A stretch of DNA of 64,000 bases, taken from the NCBI GenBank assembly GCA_028712565.1, contig JAQTPW010000001.1, positions 77,114 through 141,113 on the forward strand, in the 5' to 3' direction. Source of the DNA: Minisyncoccota bacterium. Lineage in GTDB: Bacteria > Patescibacteriota > Minisyncoccia > Minisyncoccales > JAQTPW01. The notes under the pieces were generated by a model. That model did no database searches. It was not told the DNA's origin and saw only the letters and a list, made by a program, of their open reading frames with translations. Shown here one piece after another: positions 36,795 to 45,566 of this stretch; the first letter of the stretch is position 1; each line of letters starts with the position of its first letter. The position numbers were made by a program, and so were the translations under genes.

Positions 36795-37370
36795 TTATAT
36801 TTTATCCGATCCCAAAGGCAATGATTCCAAAATTGCGTATTCTGGCCCTTTTTTCTTTAATTCGCTCTCCATAACCTCAAGTGATTTTACTTGAAAATTT
36901 AAAGAGATATCTTCGTTTACTTCGGGCCGTTCTTCTAATTCTAATTTTTGGAATTCCCATTGCTTTAGCCGGCCTAAAGTAATATGAGGCGAATATGGCT
37001 GCCCTTTTTTATTTTCTGATTCCGCTGATAATTTATTTATTGAATTTTCCAGATCCGTCTGCAATTTCCCCAGATCTTCACTTTCCTTGCCTTCCACCCA
37101 AATCATTCTTGGCGGCTTCCCGGGAGGCCCATATAAAATTTTATTAAGTTCAATAATAAATGGCGCGTGTTTTGCCGCCACTTCCTTTGCAATGTTGCAA
37201 ACTTCCAATACGTCTTCATCCGTCAAAGAACCCAAAAAAGCCAGAGTAATGTGCAAATTTTCTCTTTTCGTCCATCTACAAGGCATATCATACCATTCTT
37301 TTTCGTAATCTGATATTTTATTTTTTATATTTTCGGGCAAATTTATTGCAATAAAAACTCGGTGGTTCAT
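36795..37370 (-). CDS. thpR: RNA 2',3'-cyclic phosphodiesterase (2H family)
   Basis: RVFIAI and two HITL motifs. Confidence 0.92.
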   Translation of the reverse strand: MNHRVFIAINLPENIKNKISDYEKEWYDMPCRWTKRENLHITLAFLGSLTDEDVLEVCNIAKEVAAKHAPFIIELNKILYGPPGKPPRMIWVEGKESEDLGKLQTDLENSINKLSAESENKKGQPYSPHITLGRLKQWEFQKLELEERPEVNEDISLNFQVKSLEVMESELKKKGPEYAILESLPLGSDKI

Positions 37371-37382
37371 TTTTTTATTCTA

Positions 37383-37502
37383 CCCTTCGACGCGGCTCAG
37401 GGCAAGCCCCTTCGACGCGGCTCCCGCCTTCGCCAATGCTTCCACCTTCGCCCCTCGGGCTTCGGTGGACGAGTCGGCGGGCAAGCAGGGCAAGCCCTTC
37501 GA
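37383..37502 (+). repeat. Cluster of nested REP-like palindromes
   Basis: Unit A CCCTTCGACGCGGCTCAGGGCAAG twice; the second copy is split by unit B, which is split by unit C. Confidence 0.85.
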
Positions 37503-37597
37503 ACTTGATTTTTAAAAATTTATCATTAAGATAAAAGCAGAAATTCGATCTGCTCATTAACACTGTAGTTTTGGATTATTTATGAAGGAGGAATACG

Positions 37598-38656
37598 ATG
37601 TTTGAGTTGGAAAAAATAGTAGGTTGTCTTTCTAATAAAAAGACACTTGATAGTGCCGCAAGAAGACGACAGCCAATAGAATCAGACGAAGATTTATGGA
37701 TGATGCATTTTGGAAATGATTTTTCAATAGATGCTTTTGGAAAAATTATCGTAAGTAAAGCTTTCAGAAGACTTGATTCAAAAACTCAAGTATTAACGGC
37801 CAATGTTAACCCGCATGTACGCAAAAGAAATTCCCACACCTCCGAAGTGGTAAACGCCGCCACGACGATTGCCAGAATCTTGGGACTGAATGAAAAATTG
37901 TGTCTTGCGATTGCTTTAGGACATGATATCGGCCATGCGCCATTTGGCCATCTTGGCGAAACGTTTATTTCTAAAATTACCGGCAAGGATTTTCATCACG
38001 AAACTTTTGGGGTTGTTATTGCCCAATATATTGAACGTCAAGGCAAGGGCCTGAATTTAACCTATCAGGTGCTAGAAGGCATTGAAAATCATTCAAGGGG
38101 GCTCAATGCGCTTTCAAGAAAAGAAAGTATTTCCGAAGAAGCAAATGTAGTGATGTGCGCAGACAAAATTGCTTATATCCTAGCTGACATCAATGATATC
38201 TTTGATAGAACGAGAATTTTGGACTATAAAAAATTCCCTAAGATTTACAAGCTTGCCCATACGTGCGGCAACAATCAGCGAGAAAGAATGGCTTTTTTCA
38301 TAAAAAATTTGTGTCAGGAATCGGCGGAAAACGGATGTGTTTCTTTTGTGAATTCTGAAGCTGCAAAAATTTTTGCTGAGCTCAAAGATAATATGTATGA
38401 AGCTTACAATTTGGTTAATTTGCAGAACAGCGTGGAAATCTTAGGAAAAATTTATTCATTCCTTTCCGAAACTAAATTGATCGGAAATGTTAATCCGGCA
38501 TTAGTTCTCGCCCTTATGACCGATATCGAGGTTCTCTACCTTTATAGGAAGGACTATATTAATGGTAGAGATTTTTATGACTGTTCGGTGGCGGAAATCG
38601 TTGAACATTTAAACGGCAAAAACATAAATTTTACCAATCCAGACTTAGATTGGTAG
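37598..38656 (+). CDS. dgt: HD-domain dNTP triphosphohydrolase (dGTPase-like)
   Basis: AFRRL..KTQV, R..H..EV, GHDIGHAPFGH and ADKIAY motifs. Confidence 0.85.
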   Translation: MFELEKIVGCLSNKKTLDSAARRRQPIESDEDLWMMHFGNDFSIDAFGKIIVSKAFRRLDSKTQVLTANVNPHVRKRNSHTSEVVNAATTIARILGLNEKLCLAIALGHDIGHAPFGHLGETFISKITGKDFHHETFGVVIAQYIERQGKGLNLTYQVLEGIENHSRGLNALSRKESISEEANVVMCADKIAYILADINDIFDRTRILDYKKFPKIYKLAHTCGNNQRERMAFFIKNLCQESAENGCVSFVNSEAAKIFAELKDNMYEAYNLVNLQNSVEILGKIYSFLSETKLIGNVNPALVLALMTDIEVLYLYRKDYINGRDFYDCSVAEIVEHLNGKNINFTNPDLDW

Positions 38657-38753
38657 GAATAAATTATACAATTATCTAGGGCTCTATCAAGAGCCCGTTT
38701 TTATTCTTATGAATTTAGAATGAAATAAAAAGCTCCCGAGAATATTCGAGAGC

Positions 38754-39113
38754 TTATTCTGGTTCCAACATAACGTCTTCCATTTTTCCCATAGACGCTA
38801 TGGAAAAAAGTTTCTCTAGCTTGACAACGCCATCTGAAAAAATCTTTTCTGCCTCTCTCGGATTAGTGTAAAATTGGACATTATCCTTAAAAAGAAGAGT
38901 TAATATTTTTTCTGTCGAAGGTTGATAATCAAAAGCCCGACCAGAAATCGCTTTCACTAAAAACTTAATTTTGTATATCTCATCATCTCCTTTCTCTATA
39001 CTTAGTAAGATACCCAGATAATTGAAAATCGCCATCGGCGCGACAGTCCACCAAACAAATCCTTTTATTTCATTTAAAGAACTTGGAGTGTTCCATACTT
39101 TTTCTGCTTTCAT
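38754..39113 (-). CDS. Hypothetical protein
   Basis: 119-aa ORF with SD AAGGAG upstream and a hairpin near its end. Confidence 0.6.
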   Translation of the reverse strand: MKAEKVWNTPSSLNEIKGFVWWTVAPMAIFNYLGILLSIEKGDDEIYKIKFLVKAISGRAFDYQPSTEKILTLLFKDNVQFYTNPREAEKIFSDGVVKLEKLFSIASMGKMEDVMLEPE

Positions 39114-39215
39114 TTTTATCTGCTCCTTTTTATCTGCTCCTTTTTGTGTACTATACGCAAACTATCAAGTTCTACAAAAAATTCAAGCCCGAGGAATCTT
39201 TTAATTTATTATTGC

Positions 39216-39410
39216 TTAGTCCTTAAAATCAAACAATTCATCAATTGTCGTTTTAAGGGCCTTGGCCACTTCGTGCGCAAGGCAAAGCGAAGGATTGTAT
39301 TTGTTCTGCTCCAAATAAATGATTGTTTCTCGCCGGACGCCGACTTTTTTTGCCAGTTCTTCTTGGGTCAGATCGTATTTTGCCCTGAATTCTTTTATCC
39401 TGTTTTTCAT
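39216..39410 (-). CDS. XRE-family HTH transcriptional regulator
   Basis: MKNRIKEFR...[23 protein letters not shown]. Confidence 0.93.
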   Translation of the reverse strand: MKNRIKEFRAKYDLTQEELAKKVGVRRETIIYLEQNKYNPSLCLAHEVAKALKTTIDELFDFKD

Positions 39411-39414
39411 AGAA

Positions 39415-39852
39415 TTAAATCAACTTCCCTTTTTTATCGTAGTAAAGCCAGAAAATAAAAAAGAAAATGGCCATGCCGGCGATAGCGCCACCTACTGTTT
39501 GGCTGGCGTCCAATTTTTCCGCGCCGAATAACACTTTGGCAAAAAATGGCTCAAACCAAGATATGGCGAGCAGCCAATATAATGAAAACTGAAAACTTGC
39601 GGCGGATGCCTGTATTGTAACTTTTTTAGATCTTTCATCTTCAATGGGCATACCTTCCTTTACGTCTTTATATCGTCTTTTGATAAAGAAGAGCATAAAC
39701 AAAACCACTATAACCGGGATTAAAAAAGAAATTATGGTTCCACGACTTGTTTCTTTTTTGGCGATCACTTCAAAGGCGTACAAAGCAACGGTGGATAAAA
39801 CCGTGATGCTAAGTATTGTCATAATAATTAAACGAACTTTGTCTTTTTTCAT
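39415..39852 (-). CDS. DUF2178-like membrane protein
   Basis: Four TM segments and a DER motif; the usual partner of this HTH family. Confidence 0.8.
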   Translation of the reverse strand: MKKDKVRLIIMTILSITVLSTVALYAFEVIAKKETSRGTIISFLIPVIVVLFMLFFIKRRYKDVKEGMPIEDERSKKVTIQASAASFQFSLYWLLAISWFEPFFAKVLFGAEKLDASQTVGGAIAGMAIFFFIFWLYYDKKGKLI

Positions 39853-39861
39853 ATTTTTTAT

Positions 39862-39930
39862 AGTTAATTATATTTAACATTTTGTTATATTCAACTAACT
39901 TAATGTTATATTATTCTAACATCTTGTCAA
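39862..39930 (-). promoter_or_regulatory. Three palindromic operators WGTTA-N8-TAACW overlapping a sigma70 promoter
   Basis: Sites start at 39862, 39883 and 39904 (21-bp period); minus-strand TTGACA at 39925-39930. Confidence 0.75.
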
Positions 39931-40024
39931 GGTCATTTATCCACAACTGTAAAAATCACGCCCTAAACAAAAAGGACGTCGGTTTTTGGGTTGACGTCCT
40001 TTAGAAGACGAAAATAAAAACAAA

Positions 40025-40192
40025 TCATTTCATCATTATTTTCAAGGGCCGGCGCAGGTAGCTTTTACCCGGTTCGTGTCCGTTTGCGCACATGCAATCT
40101 CCGTCAGGCACGAATCCGCCGCAGATATTGCACTTACTTTCTTTTGGCTTGCAAACCACATATCGTTTTGGTATTACTGCTTGTGTTGTCAT
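40025..40192 (-). CDS. Small zinc-ribbon-like protein (55 aa), not in the ORF track
   Basis: MTTQAVIPKRYVVCKPKESKCNICGGFVPDGDCMCANGHEPGKSYLRRPLKIMMK; SD GAGGTG; terminator AGGACGTC/GACGTCCT near 39973-40000. Confidence 0.65.
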   Translation of the reverse strand: MTTQAVIPKRYVVCKPKESKCNICGGFVPDGDCMCANGHEPGKSYLRRPLKIMMK

Positions 40193-40361
40193 GTCTTCAC
40201 CTCTTATTATATTAGAAAAGTGCTATCACTTTTCTTTTTTCATACTATATCGTTAGATAAAAAAATCAAGCCACGATGGTGTGCTTAAAACTAGCAACCA
40301 ATTACGGAAATGCTTCTTCTTAAAGTCCATAAATAATGATAAAATTAAATTGAAAATGTAG

Positions 40362-40431
40362 CCCCGTTAGAGATATGAATAATTACGATATTTATGTAAT
40401 CCAAAGCATTAAGGATGGTAAAAGAAGTTAA
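40362..40431 (+). pseudogene. Solo element end plus GIY-YIG-like N-terminal remnant overlapping the amrS start
   Basis: CCCCGTTAGA at 40362; ORF 40375-40431 reads MNNYDIYVIQSIKDGKRS. Confidence 0.6.
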
Positions 40432-41431
40432 TTTATACAAAAAACTTAATGAAAAGAATGTGCAATGCCAGAATTGCGCGCATTATTGCGTGATTGTTCC
40501 CGGAAACCGAGGGATTTGCGGAGTAAGAGAAAACATTGATGGAAAATTATTTGCCAAAAACTATGGGAAAATAATTGCCTGTAATATCGACCCTATCGAA
40601 AAAAAGCCATTTTACCATTTTTTACCCGGCACTAATACCTTATCTATCGCGACTGTCGGCTGCAATTTTAAATGTTCGAATTGCCAAAACTGGGATATTT
40701 CCCAAGGATTTAAGGGCGAGGCGAAAATTCCCGGGGAATTTATTCCTCCAGAAGATATTGTAAAAATTGCGGAAAATCAAAAACTGCCAAGTATTTCCTA
40801 CACCTATACTGAACCTACTATTTTTTCAGAATATGCCCTGGATGTAATGAAGTGCGCAAAAGCAAAAGGTCTGAAAAATGCTTGGGTTTCAAACGGTTTT
40901 ATGAGTAAAGAATCTGCAAAAATGGTAATCCCCTATCTTGATGCAAACCGAATTGATATTAAAAGTTTTTCCGATGATTTTTACAAAAAGAATTGTGGCT
41001 CGAGATTACAGCCGGTTTTAGATACCTGCAAAATAATGAAAAAATCCGGAGTTTGGGTGGAAATAATAACTTTGGCGATTCCAACTTTAAGCGATTCCGA
41101 AAAAAACTTTAAAGATATTGCAAAATTTATTTATAAAGAACTGGGCGCAGAAACTCCTTGGCATATTACCCAGTTTTCCGGAGAAATTTCTTGGAAATTA
41201 AAGCACTTGCCAGAAACTCCAGTTGAAACCCTAAAAATGGCTTGGAAAATCGGAAAAGAAGCTGGTCTAAAATATGTTTATACCGGTAATATGCCGGGTT
41301 TGGACTCTGAAGACACTCTGTGCCCAAAATGCGGGACGATAGCTATCAGTCGAACAGGTTACAGCATTTCCAGAAAAGATAAGTCAGGAAAATGTCCGCA
41401 GTGTGGCACAGATTTGAATATTATTAACTAA
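40415..41431 (+). CDS. amrS: AmmeMemoRadiSam radical SAM enzyme
   Basis: C..C.H.C...G.CGVR, DPIEKKP.YHF, GCNFKCSNCQNWDISQ, YTEP and YVYTGN motifs. Confidence 0.93.
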   Translation: MVKEVNLYKKLNEKNVQCQNCAHYCVIVPGNRGICGVRENIDGKLFAKNYGKIIACNIDPIEKKPFYHFLPGTNTLSIATVGCNFKCSNCQNWDISQGFKGEAKIPGEFIPPEDIVKIAENQKLPSISYTYTEPTIFSEYALDVMKCAKAKGLKNAWVSNGFMSKESAKMVIPYLDANRIDIKSFSDDFYKKNCGSRLQPVLDTCKIMKKSGVWVEIITLAIPTLSDSEKNFKDIAKFIYKELGAETPWHITQFSGEISWKLKHLPETPVETLKMAWKIGKEAGLKYVYTGNMPGLDSEDTLCPKCGTIAISRTGYSISRKDKSGKCPQCGTDLNIIN

Positions 41432-41446
41432 TGTTAAATAGTTAAA

Positions 41447-42070
41447 ATGCTAAATAGCCAAATAATCTTCGCTTGCATATCCCCTCACCCGCCGATTATC
41501 TTGCCATCGATCGGGTCAGAGGAAGACCGAAAGCAAGTAATAAAAACGGTTGAAAGTTTAGAATTATTGGGACAGAAATTCGCCGAAGCAAAACCCGATT
41601 CAATAATAATTTCCTCTCCCCACCCCGATTGGGGCTTTAATGTGCCATTATTTTTCCTTGCCCCCAATTTTAAAGGAGAGTTTAAACAATATATGATGGG
41701 TTTGGAAACGCCTGAATTTTATTTTAATGACGGGAAAAAAGTTTATGAAACGCTGGATAAAAATAAAAAATATGCTTTAATTGCGTCAGGAGATCTGTCT
41801 CACTGTTTAAAAGAAGATGGCCCTTACGGGTTTTCTCCGGAAGGTCCAAAATTTGACAAGGATTTAATTGACGCATTAAAAAAGAAAAATATTGAGAAAA
41901 TCTTAAACTTGGAAGATGATTATCCTCAAGCCGGAGAATGCGGATTAAGATCTTTTTGTTTTATGCTTGGAATTTTAGAAGCGGCAAAAATTAACTGGCA
42001 TGCCGAAATTTTATCTTATGAGGGCCCATTCGGCGTAGGTTATTTAGTAGCTAACTTTAAATTGCATTAA
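41447..42070 (+). CDS. AmrB/MEMO (LigB-like) domain protein, shortened
   Basis: PHPP, SPH, ASGDLSH, AGECG and SYEGPFGVGY motifs. Confidence 0.85.
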   Translation: MLNSQIIFACISPHPPIILPSIGSEEDRKQVIKTVESLELLGQKFAEAKPDSIIISSPHPDWGFNVPLFFLAPNFKGEFKQYMMGLETPEFYFNDGKKVYETLDKNKKYALIASGDLSHCLKEDGPYGFSPEGPKFDKDLIDALKKKNIEKILNLEDDYPQAGECGLRSFCFMLGILEAAKINWHAEILSYEGPFGVGYLVANFKLH

Positions 42071-42074
42071 AAAT

Positions 42075-42464
42075 ATGAAAGACCTTATAAAAAAATACTT
42101 AGCATATTTAATCAGGTGGCAGCTTAGCACGCCGATATTGGCTCCGGTAATCGCTTATTTTAAGCATTCTCCCTCGCTTTTCGGGACAAAGGAAGATTGG
42201 ATAGGATCTGCGGTTGCAAACTTAATTGGCGGCCTCATATTTTTTTGGGTTGATAAATGGATATTCAAAAGCACAATTTTAGCTCCTCTTTGGGAAATAA
42301 AAGAAAATATAAAGTGCGCTGACTGCGGAAAATTATGCCGCGGTTATAGGGTTGTAAAAGCCGGAAACTATGACAGAATGCAGGATGTTGCCCCCCAGTT
42401 TCGATGCGAGGATTGCTCAAAAAGAAAATTAGAGGAATTAAAACAACGCGGAATAAAAATTTAA
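42075..42464 (+). CDS. Hypothetical membrane protein with a C-terminal zinc ribbon
   Basis: YLIRWQLSTP, ANLIGG.IFFWVD and CADC...CEDC motifs. Confidence 0.75.
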   Translation: MKDLIKKYLAYLIRWQLSTPILAPVIAYFKHSPSLFGTKEDWIGSAVANLIGGLIFFWVDKWIFKSTILAPLWEIKENIKCADCGKLCRGYRVVKAGNYDRMQDVAPQFRCEDCSKRKLEELKQRGIKI

Positions 42465-42465
42465 T

Positions 42466-42948
42466 ATGAAAATTGCCATCATCTCCGACAGTCACGATAA
42501 TCTGCCAAATCTAAAAAAAGCCGTAGACTGGATTAAAAAAGAAAAAATAAAAATAATTATCCACTGCGGAGATGTTTCAAATCAAGAAATTTTTAAAGAA
42601 GCCCTCGGAGATTACAAAGGGAAAATTTATTTATCTCGTGGCAACTGCGACTTGGGAGATTTTGACATAATCCCCCGCTTGAAAATTTATGACGAATTTG
42701 GAGAAGTATCAGTTAGAAATAAAAAAGTTGCTTTTACGCATTTTCCAAAAATTGCTGGAGAGTTGGCAATGAAAGAAAAATATGATTTAGTATTTTACGG
42801 TCATAATCACAAACCCTGGGTAAAAACGGTTGGAAAAACTCAGCTGGTAAATCCCGGAAATTTATCCGGAGTTTTCTATAAAGCCACTTTTGCAACTTAC
42901 GACAATAGGGCTGACAAGCTTGAATTAAAAATATTAGAAAGGTTGTAA
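42466..42948 (+). CDS. YfcE-like metallophosphoesterase
   Basis: SDSHDN, HCGD, GNCD, TH, GHNH and NPG motifs. Confidence 0.92.
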   Translation: MKIAIISDSHDNLPNLKKAVDWIKKEKIKIIIHCGDVSNQEIFKEALGDYKGKIYLSRGNCDLGDFDIIPRLKIYDEFGEVSVRNKKVAFTHFPKIAGELAMKEKYDLVFYGHNHKPWVKTVGKTQLVNPGNLSGVFYKATFATYDNRADKLELKILERL

Positions 42949-42959
42949 AATGATATAGT

Positions 42960-44039
42960 ATGAAAAATTTGGAAGAAATTTTAACAGGAGAGCCGAAATT
43001 CAGGTTAAAACAAATAAAAAAAGCTGTTTTTGTTGATTTAATTGATGATTGGGAAAAAGTTACGACTTTGCCCAAAGAATTGCGCCAAAAATTAGCGGAA
43101 AATTACCCGATTTTGGAATTAAAAGAAGAAAAGATCTTAGCATCAAAAAACAACCAAACTACAAAAGCCCTTTTTGTGTTAAATGATGGGTTGCAGATAG
43201 AAACAGTTTTAATGAAACATGAAGTGGATTTGACAAACTCACCGCAAGCTGGCCGCAGAACAGTTTGCGTTTCCTCTCAAGCCGGCTGCGCAATGAATTG
43301 TCAGTTTTGCGCAACTGGGCAGCAGGGTTTTAACCGAAATTTATCTGCCGAAGAAATTATTGATCAGGTTTTATTTTTTGCAAGATTTTTGAAAAAATCC
43401 AATGAAAAAGTGACAAATGTAGTTTTTATGGGAATGGGAGAGCCATTTTTAAATTATGATAACGTTTTGGCAGCTACTAAAATTTTAAACGATAAAGATG
43501 GTTTTAATTTAGGAGCGCGTCATATTTCCATTTCCACTTGCGGTATTATTGAAGGAATTGAAAGATTGGCAAATGAAAAAATGCAGATAAATTTGGCAAT
43601 TTCCCTGCATGCGCCGAATAATGAAATCCGCTCGAGATTAATGCCGATTAATGAAAAATATCCGATTGAGAAAATTTTGGCGTCAGTTGATGATTATATA
43701 AAAAAAACGGGAAGGAGGGTTATGTTTGAATACCTGATGATAGACGGGGTGAACGATTCCGAAGCCCAAGCCGAAGAATTAGCTAAACTTTTAATTTATA
43801 ACCTGCATTTCGGAAACCAAAAAAATTTTTCCCGGGAAGATCGTGGATTTTATTTTGTGAATTTAATATCGTTTAATCCAATCGGGCATTCCGAATTCAA
43901 GCCCTCTCCCGGCTGGAAAATTAAAAAATTCAAAGAAATTTTGGAAAAAATGGGGGTTGTTGTTACCCAGAGATATCGTTTCGGAAAAGAAATTAAAGCC
44001 GCCTGCGGGCAATTGGCAGGAAAAGAAAATGAGATTTGA
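42960..44039 (+). CDS. rlmN: Dual-specificity RNA methyltransferase RlmN
   Basis: CVSSQAGCAMNCQFCATG, MGMGEP, ISLHA and AACGQL motifs. Confidence 0.96.
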   Translation: MKNLEEILTGEPKFRLKQIKKAVFVDLIDDWEKVTTLPKELRQKLAENYPILELKEEKILASKNNQTTKALFVLNDGLQIETVLMKHEVDLTNSPQAGRRTVCVSSQAGCAMNCQFCATGQQGFNRNLSAEEIIDQVLFFARFLKKSNEKVTNVVFMGMGEPFLNYDNVLAATKILNDKDGFNLGARHISISTCGIIEGIERLANEKMQINLAISLHAPNNEIRSRLMPINEKYPIEKILASVDDYIKKTGRRVMFEYLMIDGVNDSEAQAEELAKLLIYNLHFGNQKNFSREDRGFYFVNLISFNPIGHSEFKPSPGWKIKKFKEILEKMGVVVTQRYRFGKEIKAACGQLAGKENEI

Positions 44040-44328
44040 AATAAAAGGACCATTAAAAGAAAATATTTACAATTTAATGCGAAACATTAACTATCACTTT
44101 TTAGGTACGGACGAAAGAACTGGAGAATTAAATTTTATTCATCCAATCGCCGGCGCTTATCCAAGATTTCACGTTTATTTAAAAATTGACGGCCAAAATG
44201 TTATTTTCAATCTTCATTTGGATCAAAAAAGGCCGGTTTATGATGGCGCTACCGCCCACAGTGGCGAGTATGAGGGAGAATTAGTCGAAAAAGAGGCCGA
44301 AAGAATTAAAAATTCATTTTTTCACTAA
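44029..44328 (+). CDS. Conserved hypothetical protein
   Basis: YPRFH, LHLDQK and AHSGEY motifs; start chosen at ATG 44029, overlapping the end of rlmN. Confidence 0.7.
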   Translation: MRFEIKGPLKENIYNLMRNINYHFLGTDERTGELNFIHPIAGAYPRFHVYLKIDGQNVIFNLHLDQKRPVYDGATAHSGEYEGELVEKEAERIKNSFFH

Positions 44329-44329
44329 T

Positions 44330-44839
44330 ATGCATCCCTTTGCGGTATTGGCAAAAAAGGCGGTAGAAACTTACATAAACGAGGGGAAAATAATTTCCTT
44401 GCCCTCTGATTTATCAAAAGAATTTTTGGAGAAAAAAGCTGGAGCTTTTGTAACGCTTGAAAAAAATGGTAAATTACGAGGATGTATCGGAACTTATTTG
44501 CCAACTCGTAATAATGTTGCTGAGGAAATCATTTATAATGCAATTTCTGCGGCGACTGAAGATTATAGATTTGATACGGTTCAGGCCGATGAACTGCCCC
44601 AACTTTCTTACACCGTTTACATTTTAAATGAACCTGGACTAATTTCAGATATAAAGGAGTTAAATCCTAAAAAATTTGGTATAATTGTAAGGTCGGGTAG
44701 AAAATGCGGGCTCTTGCTTCCAGATTTGGAGGGCGTGGATACAGTTGAGGAACAAATTTCAATTTGTTGCCAGAAAGGAGGCATTGACCCCAAAGAAAAA
44801 ATTTCAATTTATAAATTTACAGTTGAGAAATACCAATAA
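44330..44839 (+). CDS. amrA: AmmeMemoRadiSam protein A (AMMECR1 domain)
   Basis: GAFVTL...GKLRGCIGT, D.RF and GLLLP motifs. Confidence 0.93.
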   Translation: MHPFAVLAKKAVETYINEGKIISLPSDLSKEFLEKKAGAFVTLEKNGKLRGCIGTYLPTRNNVAEEIIYNAISAATEDYRFDTVQADELPQLSYTVYILNEPGLISDIKELNPKKFGIIVRSGRKCGLLLPDLEGVDTVEEQISICCQKGGIDPKEKISIYKFTVEKYQ

Positions 44840-44849
44840 TTTCCAAAAT

Positions 44850-45521
44850 ATGGAAAATAATCAAGAATTGGCAAAAATATTCAATGAAATCGCAAATCTT
44901 TTGGAAATAAAGGGAGTGGCTTTCAAGCCCGCAGCTTACCGGAAAGCCGCAAAAGCTCTGGAAAATTTAGATTGTGATATTTCTGTAATTTATAAAGAAA
45001 AGGGGCAAAAAGGTATAAAATCAATACCAGGCGTTGGAGAAAGTATTTCAAAAAAAATTGAAGAATATTTAAAAAAGGAAAAAATTAAATATTTTAATGA
45101 ATTAGAGGAAGAGACCGCACTTCAGCAAATTATCACTTATTATTTCCAAACAAAAGGATTGTCGCTAAGCACATTAAAAGAAAATGCTAGAAAAAAGAAA
45201 ATAATTTATTCAAGGTTTACAAAACCGGCAAAACAGTTATTAATTCTGGCGGGCTCAATAGAAAAAGCAAAAGAAGCTATTGACAAGGTTGCCAAATGGG
45301 CAAGATCCAGAAATTTAGATTATGCGATTGAAACGGTTTTTAAAAAATGGCTGGAATTGGATATGCTAAAGCCAAAAGAAGTGGTAAAAAAACCTTTTTT
45401 CCGAAACATGCCAATGATTTGGTCCGAAACTAAAAAGAAATGGTATGTTATTGATTCAGCTGGCAGCTGGCTTGAATTTGCCGGAAAAGAAGCAGAAATC
45501 GAATGGAGAATAATTAAATAG
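44850..45521 (+). CDS. PolX N-terminal (8-kDa/HhH) domain fused to an unknown domain
   Basis: N.ELA.IF.EIA.LLEIKG..FK..AYRKAA and IPGVG.SI..KI.E; no polymerase palm follows. Confidence 0.75.
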   Translation: MENNQELAKIFNEIANLLEIKGVAFKPAAYRKAAKALENLDCDISVIYKEKGQKGIKSIPGVGESISKKIEEYLKKEKIKYFNELEEETALQQIITYYFQTKGLSLSTLKENARKKKIIYSRFTKPAKQLLILAGSIEKAKEAIDKVAKWARSRNLDYAIETVFKKWLELDMLKPKEVVKKPFFRNMPMIWSETKKKWYVIDSAGSWLEFAGKEAEIEWRIIK

Positions 45522-45566
45522 TAAAATTGGTATAATTAGTATAAATTAGTATATTTGCATCGAGTT

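Noticed and set aside
37375-37563. 62-aa ORF in the ORF track
   Set aside because: It is mostly the translation of the nested palindromes and shows no independent coding signal.
39937-39945. DnaA box TTATCCACA as a replication origin
   Set aside because: It is an isolated box (another lies inside the ATPase gene at 12992), with no cluster and no dnaA or dnaN nearby.
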